Below, piece by piece: positions 25,250-36,789 of a stretch of 64,000 nucleotides of DNA. The stretch is from Eledone cirrhosa (Eukaryota). The stretch spans positions 29,016,001 to 29,080,000 of the forward strand of contig OZ024757.1 of NCBI GenBank assembly GCA_964016885.1, written 5' to 3'. Each line of letters starts with the position of its first letter. Position 1 is the stretch's first letter. The notes under the pieces were generated by a model. The model was not told the DNA's origin, did no database searches, and saw only the letters and a list, made by a program, of their open reading frames with translations. Position numbers and translations under genes: made by a program.

Positions 25250-28200
25250 ATGGTTGGAAGGAGAGAGAGGGATGGAAGGAGAGAGAGGGATGGAAGAAGA
25301 GAGGAGGGATGGAAAGAGAGAGAGAGGAAAGGAAGGAGAGAGGGGATGGATGGAAGGAGAGAGAGAGGGGATGGATGGATGGAAGGAAGGAGGGAGGGAG
25401 GGATGGATGGAGAGAGAGAGAGATGGAAGGAGAGAGGGAGGGATGGAAGAAGAGAGAGGGATGGAAGGAGAGAGGGATGGATTGAGAGAGAGAGGGATGG
25501 ATTGAGAGAGAGGGGGAAGGAGAGAGAGAGATGTAAGGAGAGAGAGGGGGATGGATGGAGAGAGAGAGGGGGATGGATGGAGAGAGAGAGGGGGATGGAT
25601 GGAGAGAGAGAGGGGGGATGGATAGAGAGGGATGGAAAGATAGAGAGAGATGGATGGATAGAGAGAGAGGGATGGAATGGGAGAGAGGGATGAATGGTTA
25701 GAGAGAGAGGGGATGTATAGAGAGAGGGGGATGGAAGGAGAGAGAGGGATAAGGATAGAGAGAGATGGAAGGATAGAGAGAGAGGGGGATGGATGGAAGG
25801 AAAGAGAGTTGGAAGGAAAGAGGGATGGAAGGAGAGAGGGATGGATGGATAGAGAGAGGGATGGATAGAGAGAGGGGGGATGGATAGAGAGAGGGATGGA
25901 TAGAGAGAGGGATGGAAAGAGAGAGAGAGAGGATGGAAAGAGAGAGAGAGAGAGGGATGGATGGATGGATAGAGAGAGGGATGGATGGAGAGAGAGGGAT
26001 GGATGGATGGATGGAGAGAGAGAGAGAGAGAGGGATGGATGGAGAGAGAGAGGGATGGATGGAGAGAGAGAGGGATGGATGGAGAGAGGGATGGATGGAT
26101 GGATCGAGAGAGGGATGGATGGAGAGAGAGGGATGGATGGAGAGAGAGAGGGGGGATGGAGAGAGAGAGGGGGGATGGATAGAGAGGGATGGATGGATAG
26201 AGAGAGAGGGATGGAATGGGAGAGAGAGGATGAATGGTTAGAGAGAGAGGGGGTGTATAGAGAGAGGGGGATGGAAGGAGAGAGAGAGAGAGGGATAAGG
26301 ATAGAGAGAGAGGGGGATGGATGGAAGGAGAGAGAGTTGGAAGGAAAGAGGGATGGAAGGAGAGAGGGATGGAAAGAGAGAGAGGGATGGAAAGAGAGAG
26401 AGAGAGGGATGGATGGATGGATAGAGAGAGGGATGGAAGGAGAGAGGGATGAATGGTTAGAGAGAGGGATATGGATAGAGAGGGATGGAAAGATGGATAG
26501 AGAGGGATGGAATGGGAGAGAGGGATGGAATGGGAGAGAGGGATGAATGGTTAGAGAGAGAGGGGGTGTATAGAGAGAGGGCGATGGAAGGAGAGAGAGA
26601 GAGGGATAAGGATAGAGAGAGATGGAAGGATAGAGAGAGAGGGGGATGGATGGAAGGAGAGAGAGTTGGATGGATAGAGGAGGGATGGATAGAGAGAGGG
26701 GGGATGGATAGAGAGAGAGGGATGGAGAGAGAGAGGGATGGAGAGAGAGAGGGAGAGGGATGGATGGATGGATAGAGAGAGGGATGGAATGGGAGAGAGG
26801 GATGAATGGTTAGAGAGAGGGATATGGATAGAGAGAGAGGAAAGGAAGGAGAGAGAGAGGGATGGATGGATGGAGAGAGGGATGGAATGGAGAGAGAGAG
26901 GGATGGATGGAGAGAGAGAGGGATGGATGGAGAGAGAGAGGGATGGATGGAGAGAGAGGGATGGATGGAGAGAGGGATGGATGGAGAGAGAGAGGGATGG
27001 ATGGATGAGAGAGAGGGATGGAATGGGAGAGAAGGGTGGAAGGGGAGAGGGATGGATGGATAGAGAGAGGGATGGAGAGAGAGAGAGGGATGGAAAGAGA
27101 GAGAGAGAGGGATGGAAAGAGAGAGAGAGAGATGGAAAGAGAGAGAGAGGGATGGATGGAGAGAGAGAGGGATGGATGGATGGATCGAGAGAGGGATGGA
27201 TGGATGGATCGAGAGAGGGATGGATGGAGAGAGAGGGGGGATGGATAGAGAGAGGGGGGATGGATAGAGAGAGGGATGGATGGAGAGAGAGAGGGATGGA
27301 ATGGGAGAGAAGGGTGGAAGGGGAGAGGGATGGAAGGAGAGAGAGAGAGAGAGATGGATGGAGAGAGAGAGGGGGATGGATGAAGAGAAGGGTGGAAGGG
27401 GAGAGAGGGATATGGATAGAGAGAGAGGGGAAGGAAGGGATGGAAGGAGAGAGAGAGGGATGAAAGGAGAGAGAGAGAGGGATGAAAGGAGAGAGAGAGG
27501 GGATGGATGGAGAGAGAGAGAGAGGGGATGGATGGAAGGAGAGAGAGAGGGGATGGATGGAAGGAGAGAGAGGGATGGAAGGAGAGAGAGAGAGAGGGAT
27601 GGAAGGAGAGAGAGAGGGATGGATGGAAGGAGAGAGAGGGATGGAAGGAGAGAGAGAGGGATGGAAGAAGAGAGGAGGGATGGAAAGAGAGAGAGAGGAA
27701 AGGAAGGAGAGAGGGAGGGGATGGATGGAGAGAGGAATGGATGGAAGGAGAGAGAGAGGGGATGGATGGAGAGAGGAATGGATGGATGGAGAGAGGAATG
27801 GATGGAAGGAGAGGGATGGATGGAAGGAGAGGGTGATGGAAGAAGAGAGAGATGGAAGGAGAGAGGGATGTGTAGAGAGAGGGATGGAGAGAGAGGGGGA
27901 TGGAGAGAGAGAGGGATGGAAAGAGAGAGAGGGATGGAAAGAGAGAGAGAGAGGGATGGATGGATGGATAGAGAGAGGGATGGAATGGGAGAGAGGGATG
28001 GAAGGAGAGAGGGATGAATGGTCTAGAGAGAGGGATATGGATAGAGAGAGAGGAAAGGAAGGAGAGAGAGGGATGGATGGATGGAGAGAGAGAGGGATGG
28101 ATGGATCGAGAGCGGGATGGATGGAGAGAGAGATGGATGGATCGAGAGCGGGATGGATGGAGAGAGAGGTGGATGGAATGGAGAGAGAGGTGGATGGAAT

Positions 28201-30905
28201 GGAGAGAGAGGTGGATGGAATGGAGAGAGAGGGGGGATGGATAGAGAGAGGGATGGATGGAGAGAGAGAGGGATGGAATGGGAGAGAAGGGTGGAAGGGG
28301 AGAGGGATGGATGGAGAGAGAGAGGGGGGATGGATAGAGAGGGATGGAAAGATAGAGAGAGAGGGATGGATGGATAGAGAGAGAGGGATGGATGGATGGA
28401 TAGATAGAGAGAGAGGGATGGAATGGGAGAGAGGGATGAATGGTTAGAGAGAGAGGGGGTGTATAGAGAGAGGGGGATGGAAGGAGAGAGAGAGAGAGGG
28501 GGTGTATAGAGAGAGGGGGATGGAAGGAGAGAGAGAGATGGAAGGATAGAGAGAGGGGGATGGATGGAAGGAGAGAGAGTTGGAAGGAAAGAGGGATGGA
28601 AGGATAGAGAGAGGGATGCAATGGAGAGAGGAGGGATGGATAGAGAGAGGGGGGATAGAGAGAGGGGGGATGGATAGAGAGAGGGATGGAGAGAGAGAGA
28701 GAGAGAGGGATGGAAAGAGAGAGAGAGAGAGGGATGGAAAGAGAGAGAGAGAGGGATGGAAAGAGAGAGAGAGGGATGGAAAGAGAGAGAGAGAGGGATG
28801 GATGGATGGATAGAGAGAGGGATGGAATGGGAGAGAGGGATGGAATGGGAGAGAGGGATGAATGGTTAGAGAGAGAGGGGGTGTATAGAGAGAGGGGGAT
28901 GGAAGGAGAGAGAGAGAGTGGGATAAGGATAGAGAGAGATGGAAGGATAGAGAGAGAGGGGGATGGATGGAAGGAGAGAGGGATGCAATGGAGAGAGGAG
29001 GGATGGATAGAGAGAGGAGGGATGGATAGAGAGAGGGATGGAGAGAGATGGGGGATGGATAGAGAGAGAGGGATGGAAAGAGAGAGAGAGAGGGATGGAG
29101 AGAGAGAGGGATGGAGAGAGAGAGAGAGAGGGATGGATGGATGGATAGAGAGAGGGATGGAAGGAGAGAGGGATGAATGGTTAGAGAGAGGGATATGGAT
29201 AGAGAGAGAGGAAAGGAAGGAGAGAGAGGGATGGATGGATGGAGAGAGAGAGGGATGGATGGATCGAGAGAGGGATGGATGGAGAGAGAGGTGGATGGAT
29301 GGAGAGAGAGGTGGATGGATGGAGAGAAAGGTGGATGGAATGGAGAGAGAGAGGGATGGATGGAGAGAGAGGGGGGATGGAGAGAGGGATGGATGGAGAG
29401 AGAGGGGGGATGGAGAGAGAGAGGGATGGAATGGGAGAGAAGGGTGGAAGGGGAGAGGGATGGATGGAGAGAGAGAGGGGGATGGATGGAAGGAGAGAGA
29501 GTTGGAAGGAAAGAGGGATGCAATGGAGAGAGGAGGGATGGATAGAGAGAGGGGGGATGGATAGAGAGAGGGATGGAGAGAGAGAGGGGGGATGGAAAGA
29601 GAAAGAGGGATGGAAAGAGAGAGAGAGGGATGGAAAGAGAGAGAGAGGGATGGAAAGAGAGAGAGAGGGATGGAAAGAGAGAGAGAGAGGGATGGAAAGA
29701 GAGAGAGAGAGATGGAAAGAGAGAGAGAGGGATGGAAAGAGAGAGAGAGGGATGGATGGATGGATAGAGAGAGGGATGGAATGGGAGAGAGGGATGGAAG
29801 GAGAGAGGGATGAATGGTTAGAGAGAGGGATATGGATAGAGAGAGAGGAAAGGAAGGAGAGAGAGGGATGGATGGATGGAGAGAGAGAGGGATGGATGGA
29901 GAGAGAGAGAGGATGGATGGATCGAGAGCGGGATGGATGGAGAGAGAGGTGGATGGAATGGAGAGAGAGAGGGATGGATGGAGAGAGAGGGGGGGTGGAT
30001 AGAGAGAGGGATGGATGGAGAGAGAGAGGGATGGAATGGGAGAGAAGGGTGGAAGGGGAGAGGGATGGAAGGAGAGAGAGAGAGAGAGAGATATGGATGG
30101 AGAGAGAGGGAAGGAAGGGATGTATGGAGAGAGAGAGGGATGGAAGGAGAGAGGGATGGATGGAGAGAGAGAGAGAGAGATGGATGGAGAGAGAGAGGGG
30201 GATGGATGAAGAGAAGGGTGGAAGGGGAGAGAGGGATATGGATAGAGAGAGATGGAAGGATAGAGAGAGAGGGGAAGGAAGGGATGGAAGGAGAGAGAGA
30301 GAGGGATGAAAGGAGAGAGAGAGGGGATGGATGGAGAGAGAGAGAGAGGGGATGGATGGAAGGAGAGAGAGGGATGGAAGGAGAGAGAGAGGGATGGATG
30401 GAAGGAGAGAGAGGGATGGAAGGAGAGAGAGAGGGATGGAAGAAGAGAGGAGGGATGGAAAGAGAGAGAGAGGAAAGGAAGGAGAGAGGGAGGGATGGAT
30501 GGAAGGAGAGAGAGGAAAGGAAGGAGAGAGAGAGGGGATGGATGGAGAGAGGAATGGATGGAAGGAGAGAGGGAGGGATGGATGGAAGGAGAGGGTGATG
30601 GAAGAAGAGAGAGAGGGATGGAAGGAGAGAGAGTTGGAAGGAGAGAGGGATGTGTAGAGAGAGGGATGGATGGAGAGAGAGGGGGATGGAGAGAGAGGGG
30701 GATGGAGAGAGAGGGGGATGGAGAGAGAGAGGGATGGAGAGAGAGAGAGATGGATGAAAGGAGAGAGCGAGAGATGGATGGAGAGAGCGAGAGATGGATG
30801 GAGAGAGCGAGAGATGGATGGAGAGAGAGAGAGAGAGATGGAGAGAGAGAGAGGGAGGAATGGAGAGAGAGAGGGAGGATTGGAGAGAGAGGGAGGAATG
30901 AAATA
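19185..30905 (+). repeat. ~11.7-kb polypurine compound microsatellite, (GA)n/(GGAT)n/GGAA
   Basis: direct reading; the 1882-aa and 1116-aa S/L/P/H ORFs and the E/R/G/W ORFs arise from it. Confidence 0.98.
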
Positions 30906-31019
30906 GAAAAACATGTAAGACTTACATTTGTGATGTCAAATAAAGTTTGACAGTACTCTTAGATTTTACAATTATAGCAATGGCTCAACATGATTACACA
31001 AGATAGAAAATATACAGAA

Positions 31020-31180
31020 ACTAATATAATTGTTTCTACTTTTGGCACAAGTCCAGCTATAACTCAGGGTCGATAAAATAAAGTACCAGTAATACACTGT
31101 CAGGATGAAAGTTAACCACGGTGGGATTTGAACTCAGAATGGAAAGGGGCGTAATTCTATACGTCAAATCATGGCGTCCG
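31020..31180. mobile_element. rearranged SINE with an internal inversion
   Basis: minus-strand tail TTGTTTCTACTTTTGGCACAAG and head GGATTTGAACTCAGAA flank plus-strand GGGTCGATAAAATAAAGTACCAG. Confidence 0.65.
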
Positions 31181-31181
31181 A

Positions 31182-31443
31182 CGGTGTTGTGTGGTGTATA
31201 GTGTGGTGATGTGTGTGGTGTGGTGTGATGTGTAGTTTGGTGAGGTGTGTAGTGTTGTGTGGTGTGATGTGTAGTGTGGTGAGGTGTGATGTGTAGTGTG
31301 GTGAGGTGTGTAGTGTGGTGCGTAGAAGGTAATGTGTGGTGTGTAGAGTATAATGTGTGGTGAGTGATGTGTATAGCGTGGTGTGTGCACATGGTGTGTG
31401 AGTATGTGGTGTGTAGTGAGGGTGTGGTGTAATTGTGTGTGTA
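31182..31443. repeat. GT/GGT-rich low-complexity tract
   Basis: direct reading. Confidence 0.9.
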
Positions 31444-31714
31444 TTATAAGCCGTCCCATTTTTTATTTGAGAAATAGGACAGAATCCAAACCCCATTTAT
31501 AAGCCATGGTGGCTAATCAACACAGATGACAGTTTTGAAATTCTCATGAGTGGAGAATATATTTATGAAGTTTTAATATTTTGATATTTAAAATGTTTTA
31601 AGTGTCATTTAGAGTATAGTTTTTATTTCACTTCATTATGTAATGAGTTACCATTTTCTGATTGTTTTCAAGGTCATATTCATTAAAAACATCAAAAATA
31701 ATAGCAAATATAAA

Positions 31715-32640
31715 TTTCACCTCCAAAGTGAAACTGTTGTAATATTCACCTCCAAAGTGAAACTGGTGCAATATTCACCTCCAAAGTGAAACTGGTGCAA
31801 TATTCACCTCCAAAGTGAAAAACTGGTGTAATATTCCAAAGTGTAAACTGGTGTAATATATCCACCTCCAAAGTGAAACTGGTGTAATATATCCACCTCC
31901 AAAGTGAAACTGGTGTAATATTCCAAAGTGAAACTGGTGTAATATTCCAAAGTGAAACTGGTGTAATATATCCACCTCCAACGTGAAACTGGTGTAGTAT
32001 ATTCACATCCAAAGTGAAAAACTGGTGTAATATTCCAAAGTGAAAAACTGGTGTAATATTCCAAAGTGTAAACTGGTGTAATATATCCACCTCCAAAGTG
32101 AAACTGGTGTAATATTCACCTCCAAAGTGAAACTGGTGTAATATTCCAAAGTGAAACTGGTGTAATATTCCAAAGTGAAACTGGTGTAGTATATTCACAT
32201 CCAAAGTGAAAAACTGGTGTAGTATATTCACATCCAATGTGAAAAACTGGTGTAATATTCCAAAGTGAAACTGGTGTAATATATCCACCTCCAAAGTGAA
32301 ACTGGTGTAATATTCACCTCCAAAGTGAAACTGGTGTAATATTCACCTCCAACGTGAAACTGGTGTAGTATATTCACATCCAAAGTGAAAAACTGGTGTA
32401 ATATTCCAAAGTGAAAAACTGGTGTAATATTCCAAAGTGAAAAACTGGTGTAATATTCCAAAGTGAAACTGGTGTAATATTTCAAAGTGTAAACTGGTGT
32501 CATATTCACCTCCAAAGTGAAAAACTGGTGTAATATTCATCTTCAAAGTAAAACTGGCGTAATATTCATCTACAAAGTGAAACTGGCGTAATATTCATCT
32601 ACAAAGTGAAACTGGCGTAATATTCATCTTCAAAGCGAAA
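31715..32640. repeat. 24-33-bp minisatellite, consensus CCAAAGTGAAACTGGTGTAATATT(CACCT)
   Basis: >30 contiguous units with length variants; no unique spacers. Confidence 0.95.
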
Positions 32641-32899
32641 ATATTTTAGCACCTCATTTACATATAATTTTTAAGTTGGTGAAATCAAAATATTGACCTC
32701 AAAGACAAGTCCGCCCCCCTATTTTACCATCAATATTTTGTCACATTTCTCGACATATATACAAGTATATACAATATTTACTTTACATAAATTATCAAAA
32801 GATTTGCTATTTATGTAAACAGAATTATCCGAAACTAAATCTAATAAAATTTCTTTTAATTAAATTTAAGAAAAAAATATAGTTTGAAAGAAAACTAGA

Positions 32900-33096
32900 G
32901 ATCACTGCTCGGACCAAGGTGTAGAGGTCACGACATACAAAATGAGGTAAGCGTTTGGAAAGGCTTCCAGCTGTTAAAGCGAAGCCAAGATCAGTTCTGT
33001 ATGAGAAAGAGATGGTCACTTGACCTGGCATTGCCCACAATAGGACAACTCGTCTAACCCATGCTAGCGTAGAAAAATTGATATTAAATGGTGATT

Positions 33097-33127
<31 letters not shown>

Positions 33128-33148
33128 AAGAGAGAGAGAGAGAGAGAG
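32900..33148 (+). mobile_element. SINE 3' tail followed by (GA)n
   Basis: CGTCTAACCCATGCTA tail shared with 54943-54958. Confidence 0.55.
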
Positions 33149-33149
33149 T

Positions 33150-33335
33150 CTCGGGTACAATCGAGGGGGAAACCACAGTAGGTAAAGTACTCAAGACATT
33201 AGTAGAGTATATACAAAATATAATATAGAAATAGCTTCTACAGGACTAGAACTGTTTCATTCGAAGGAAATCATCAGGAAAGCCCCGATTTCCCTGAAAT
33301 GAAAGTTCTAGTCCTGTAGAAGTCATTTCTATATC
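33150..33335. mobile_element. Penelope-like pLTR remnant with inverted repeat and hammerhead-core motif (relatives 42703-42890, 53350-53440)
   Basis: minus strand CTGATGA-TTTCCTTCGAAT-GAAAC within IR CTTCTACAGGACTAGAACT/AGTTCTAGTCCTGTAGAAG; shared flank AACCACA.TA.GTAA.GTACTCA. Confidence 0.5.
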
Positions 33336-33384
33336 ATTCTGTTGACAAAGGGTTTCTCCCTACGAACGAAAGGCCAGTTATATG

Positions 33385-33780
33385 ATGGGCAGCAACTGCA
33401 GAGGATATGCGACGGCTGGAGAGAAATGAATCAAGCATGCTCCGTTGGATGTGCAATGTCAATGTGTGTGAACGACCAAGTATAGACGAGTTGAAAAAGA
33501 AACTGGGTATAAGAGGGATAAGTTGTGGTGTGCAGGAGAGAAGACTACGATGGTATGGACATGTGATGCGCATGGAGGATGACCGCTGCGTAAAGAAGTG
33601 CCAAGAAATCCCAGTAGAAGGAAGATGCAGTAGAGGGAGACCACGAAAATCATGGGCGGAAGTGGTGAGAGCTGACCTCAGATCGCTGAAGCTCACAGAT
33701 GACGACCGAGGACAGTAACGATGGAGACATGCTGTGCTGAATAGGACCCGTCCCACCCTTGCAAGCAGGAAAAAGCAGAT
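33385..33780 (+). mobile_element. 5'-truncated RTE-clade LINE 3' end
   Basis: ORF 33407-33718 with MLRWMC..RRLRWYGHVMRM..GRPRKSW; RTE-type tail. Confidence 0.9.
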
Positions 33781-33816
33781 ATACTAATATATATAGATAA
33801 TATAGATATAACAAAC

Positions 33817-33962
33817 CTGTTGGTATAAACATCAACATTGGTAGACTCCTTCAGTACAGGAGAGAGGCAGATGATACTCCTGGCTTGTGTTTGATCAATA
33901 GCATCACTCCTTCCCTCTGGTACATACATTTCTATTTGGTAGTGACCAGTTGTTTCCTCCTG
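33817..33962 (-). CDS. coding exon of an unidentified protein
   Basis: TTTCTTTCTTAGCAG NAGNAG acceptor; QEETTGHYQIEMYVPEGRSDAIDQTQARSIICLSPVLKESTNVDVYTN; AG|GTTTGT donor; in phase with the upstream exon. Confidence 0.65.
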
Positions 33963-33995
33963 CTAAGAAAGAAATACCACCAGGGGTCAGAAGGT

Positions 33996-34250
33996 TAATT
34001 TATTAGTTCTATTTATTTAGTTTATGTATCATATATAGGGTGTCCCCCCAAAATGTATACACATATTTATTAGAATATTGTTGAAGTGTGTATACATTTT
34101 GGGGGGACACCCTATATATGATACATAAACTAAATAAATAGAACTAATAAATTATGTATCATATATAGGGTGTCCCCCCAAAATGTATACACACTTCAAC
34201 AATATTCTAATAAATATGTGTATGCATTTTTTGGGGGGGGGTCACCCTGT
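33996..34250. mobile_element. two Tc1/mariner-type MITE copies in an inverted rearrangement
   Basis: TIR TAGGGTGTCCCCCCAAAATGTATACAC in TA context at 34036-34114 and 34166-34250; flank inverted to give palindrome 33996-34153. Confidence 0.75.
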
Positions 34251-34278
34251 ATTTGGGGTGGTGGTGGGAGGGATAATG

Positions 34279-34280
<2 letters not shown>

Positions 34281-34362
<82 letters not shown>
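34281..34362. repeat. (GT)n microsatellite (others 35062-35132, 53665-53754)
   Basis: direct reading. Confidence 0.95.
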
Positions 34363-34365
<3 letters not shown>

Positions 34366-34526
34366 AGGGAGAGAGAACGTGAGATGGGAGAGACACACAT
34401 ACATGTATGTGTGTCTCTCCCATCTATGTAGATATAGAGTAATGTGAATGCAAAAGGGTTAAATACACACAAACACACACACAAACATACATATACACAG
34501 CCTTAATATAAACCAACAATACTTAC

Positions 34527-34709
34527 CATAGATATACAGTGTTGTTTACCATCTCCGGTCAGTTTAAACTGGAGATGGTAGACAGCCAGACCAATCTCAG
34601 AGATAATATTTACGTTTATGTTGACAGAGGGCAAATGGCTGGGTATTTGTGTGGTCAGCCAGAACAATGACGTTCCCTTCTGTAAGGTTGCCAGGACGTG
34701 ACTGGGTCA
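34527..34709 (-). CDS. 183-nt coding-like exon, open for 60 codons after an initial TGA
   Basis: TTTTGTAG acceptor and ATG|GTAAGT donor; *PSHVLATLQKGTSLFWLTTQIPSHLPSVNINVNIISEIGLAVYHLQFKLTGDGKQHCISM; the other two frames have internal stops. Confidence 0.6.
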
Positions 34710-35058
34710 CTACAAAATTAAAACAATATTTGTTATATGAACAGTGTGTGTGTGTGAGTAGAGGGGTAATTTGTTGTGTGGGGGTTAATTTAGAGAATAT
34801 AGGGTTAATATCAACAATGTGGAGGTAATATGGCTAACATGAAGAGTGTGGTGGGGGAGGGGATAAACATGGCGAGAGTGTGGTGGAGGGCAAACATGGC
34901 GAGAGTGTGGTGGAGGGCAAACAGGGCGAGTGTGCGGTGAGGGACAAACATGGCGTGAGTGTGGGGATAACATGGAGAGAGTGTGGGGGCTAACATGGGG
35001 AGAATGTGGGGGTTTTGAACAGGAGGGGATATCAGTATGCGTGTAATTGTAGAAGGGT

Positions 35059-35134
<76 letters not shown>

Positions 35135-35137
<3 letters not shown>

Positions 35138-35365
35138 GCACGTGGCCTAGTGGTAAGGGTGTTGGACTTACAATCATAACATCGTGGGTTCGATTCCTGG
35201 GTTGTGTGTTGTGTTCTTGAGCAAAACACTTCATTTCACGTTGCTCCAGTAAACTCAGCTGAAAAAGAATACCAGCAATAGATGGGGGATTTAACCCTGC
35301 GATGGACTGGCGCCCTGTCCAGGGTGGAGTCTTGTACTCTCAGTCGCTTCACGCCATAATGCATG
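35135..35365 (+). mobile_element. tRNA-derived SINE
   Basis: A box TGGCCTAGTGG, B box GGTTCGATTCC, CCCTGCGATGGACTGGCGCCCTGTCCAGGG body. Confidence 0.9.
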
Positions 35366-35482
35366 GTAAATCTAAGTCGTCTAAGTACAGAGGTACAACG
35401 TCAAACCACTCTAGCACATTACTATAAAAAGTTATTTCAAAAATAAATAGATGATAAATAGAAAAAGAGAAATGGGGAATAC

Positions 35483-35524
<42 letters not shown>

Positions 35525-35529
35525 GGGTG

Positions 35530-36272
35530 GGGGATATTATTATATTGCCAGAAATAATAAAACTCACTTTTTGGTTTGGGTTGGATTTCACTTCCATATA
35601 TTTTATATCTATCCCTATAGTTAATTTAACTAGCAATCAATGTTTTATTGATTGATCAAGAGTTATATATATATATAGTCTCCCAGAGTTCTTTCGTCAC
35701 ACACCTGTAACATCAGTGATACTATTGTTTCTTCCTGATGTATGGTAATGATGGTACAACAACTAATCAAAGGCCCTAAGAAAGATTAAAGTGGTAGAAA
35801 AGCCAGGATCTACTATAAAATACCTGATCAGTAAACCTTAACCCTTTAAGAAAACCAAATTAGGGAAGCAACTGAAATAGAACCAAGAAAACCGAAGTAG
35901 AACAGAAAACCTGAATGGAACAACAACAACTATACAAATACACACTAATGACCAAAGATAGAATACAAACACGAACACATACCAAACAGAAAACGTGCAT
36001 CGAAACACATTCGGAAATCGAGACAAATAAATAAACAATTGAATAAGTAAACATTACAATACAACGGGAGGAAACAATAATATCACTGATGATGTCACAG
36101 GTGTCTCATGAAAGAACTCAGACTATATATATATATATATATAAACAGTTGGTCAATCAATGATAAACATTGATTGCCAGCTAAATTAACTATTGGGATG
36201 TAGAATATACGGAAGCGAAAACCAACCCAACCCAAACTGTTTTATTTCTGGCAATATTATAACAATATGACC
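35530..36272. mobile_element. foldback/Mutator-like non-autonomous element with ~220-bp imperfect TIRs
   Basis: 35530-35750 is the reverse complement of 36050-36272 (e.g. ATATTGCCAGAAATAA/TTATTTCTGGCAATAT, ACACCTGT/ACAGGTGT). Confidence 0.7.
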
Positions 36273-36789
36273 CTCCCCAAATCTAATTTGTTTCGACATA
36301 CGATTTCATATAAAAAATACGTTGCAAACAAATTAGTCCGGATCTAGCTGTCGAAACAGCTGGAGCTCAGCCGCCGAGGTCCTTATTGTTCCTTATATAC
36401 ATATATACACACACAGTAACGCGTGTTTATAATAGTGGGGAAATATACAAATAACACACACACTGTCGTTGTGCGTGCTACCTGCTTCTGTGTTTTTTTT
36501 CTTTTTTCCTTTCCCTTTCCATTATATTATATTATATTCGTTTGTGCTTTTGTTCTGTAAATATTCTATTATATTTCTTTTTATAAGAAATATAATACAA
36601 TTTTAAGGGCAGTAGATTGGCAGTATCAGTATAGAGTAGGACACCATGCTTTGCAGCATAGAATCATGGCCCTTTACGCTCTAAGCATTGAGCACACCTC
36701 GCTTCGGCTATTGGCGTCGAGTATACTGTATCACACTTTTTTGTCTCTCCTCTTTTCTTATGATACATATCTTCTCTTTAATATATACA

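Noticed and set aside
19169-30950. Very long ORFs (1882 aa, 1116 aa and others)
   Set aside because: Stop-free translations of GA/GGAT microsatellite, open in multiple frames
31715-32640. CRISPR-like array
   Set aside because: Contiguous repeats with no unique spacers; eukaryotic context; no cas genes
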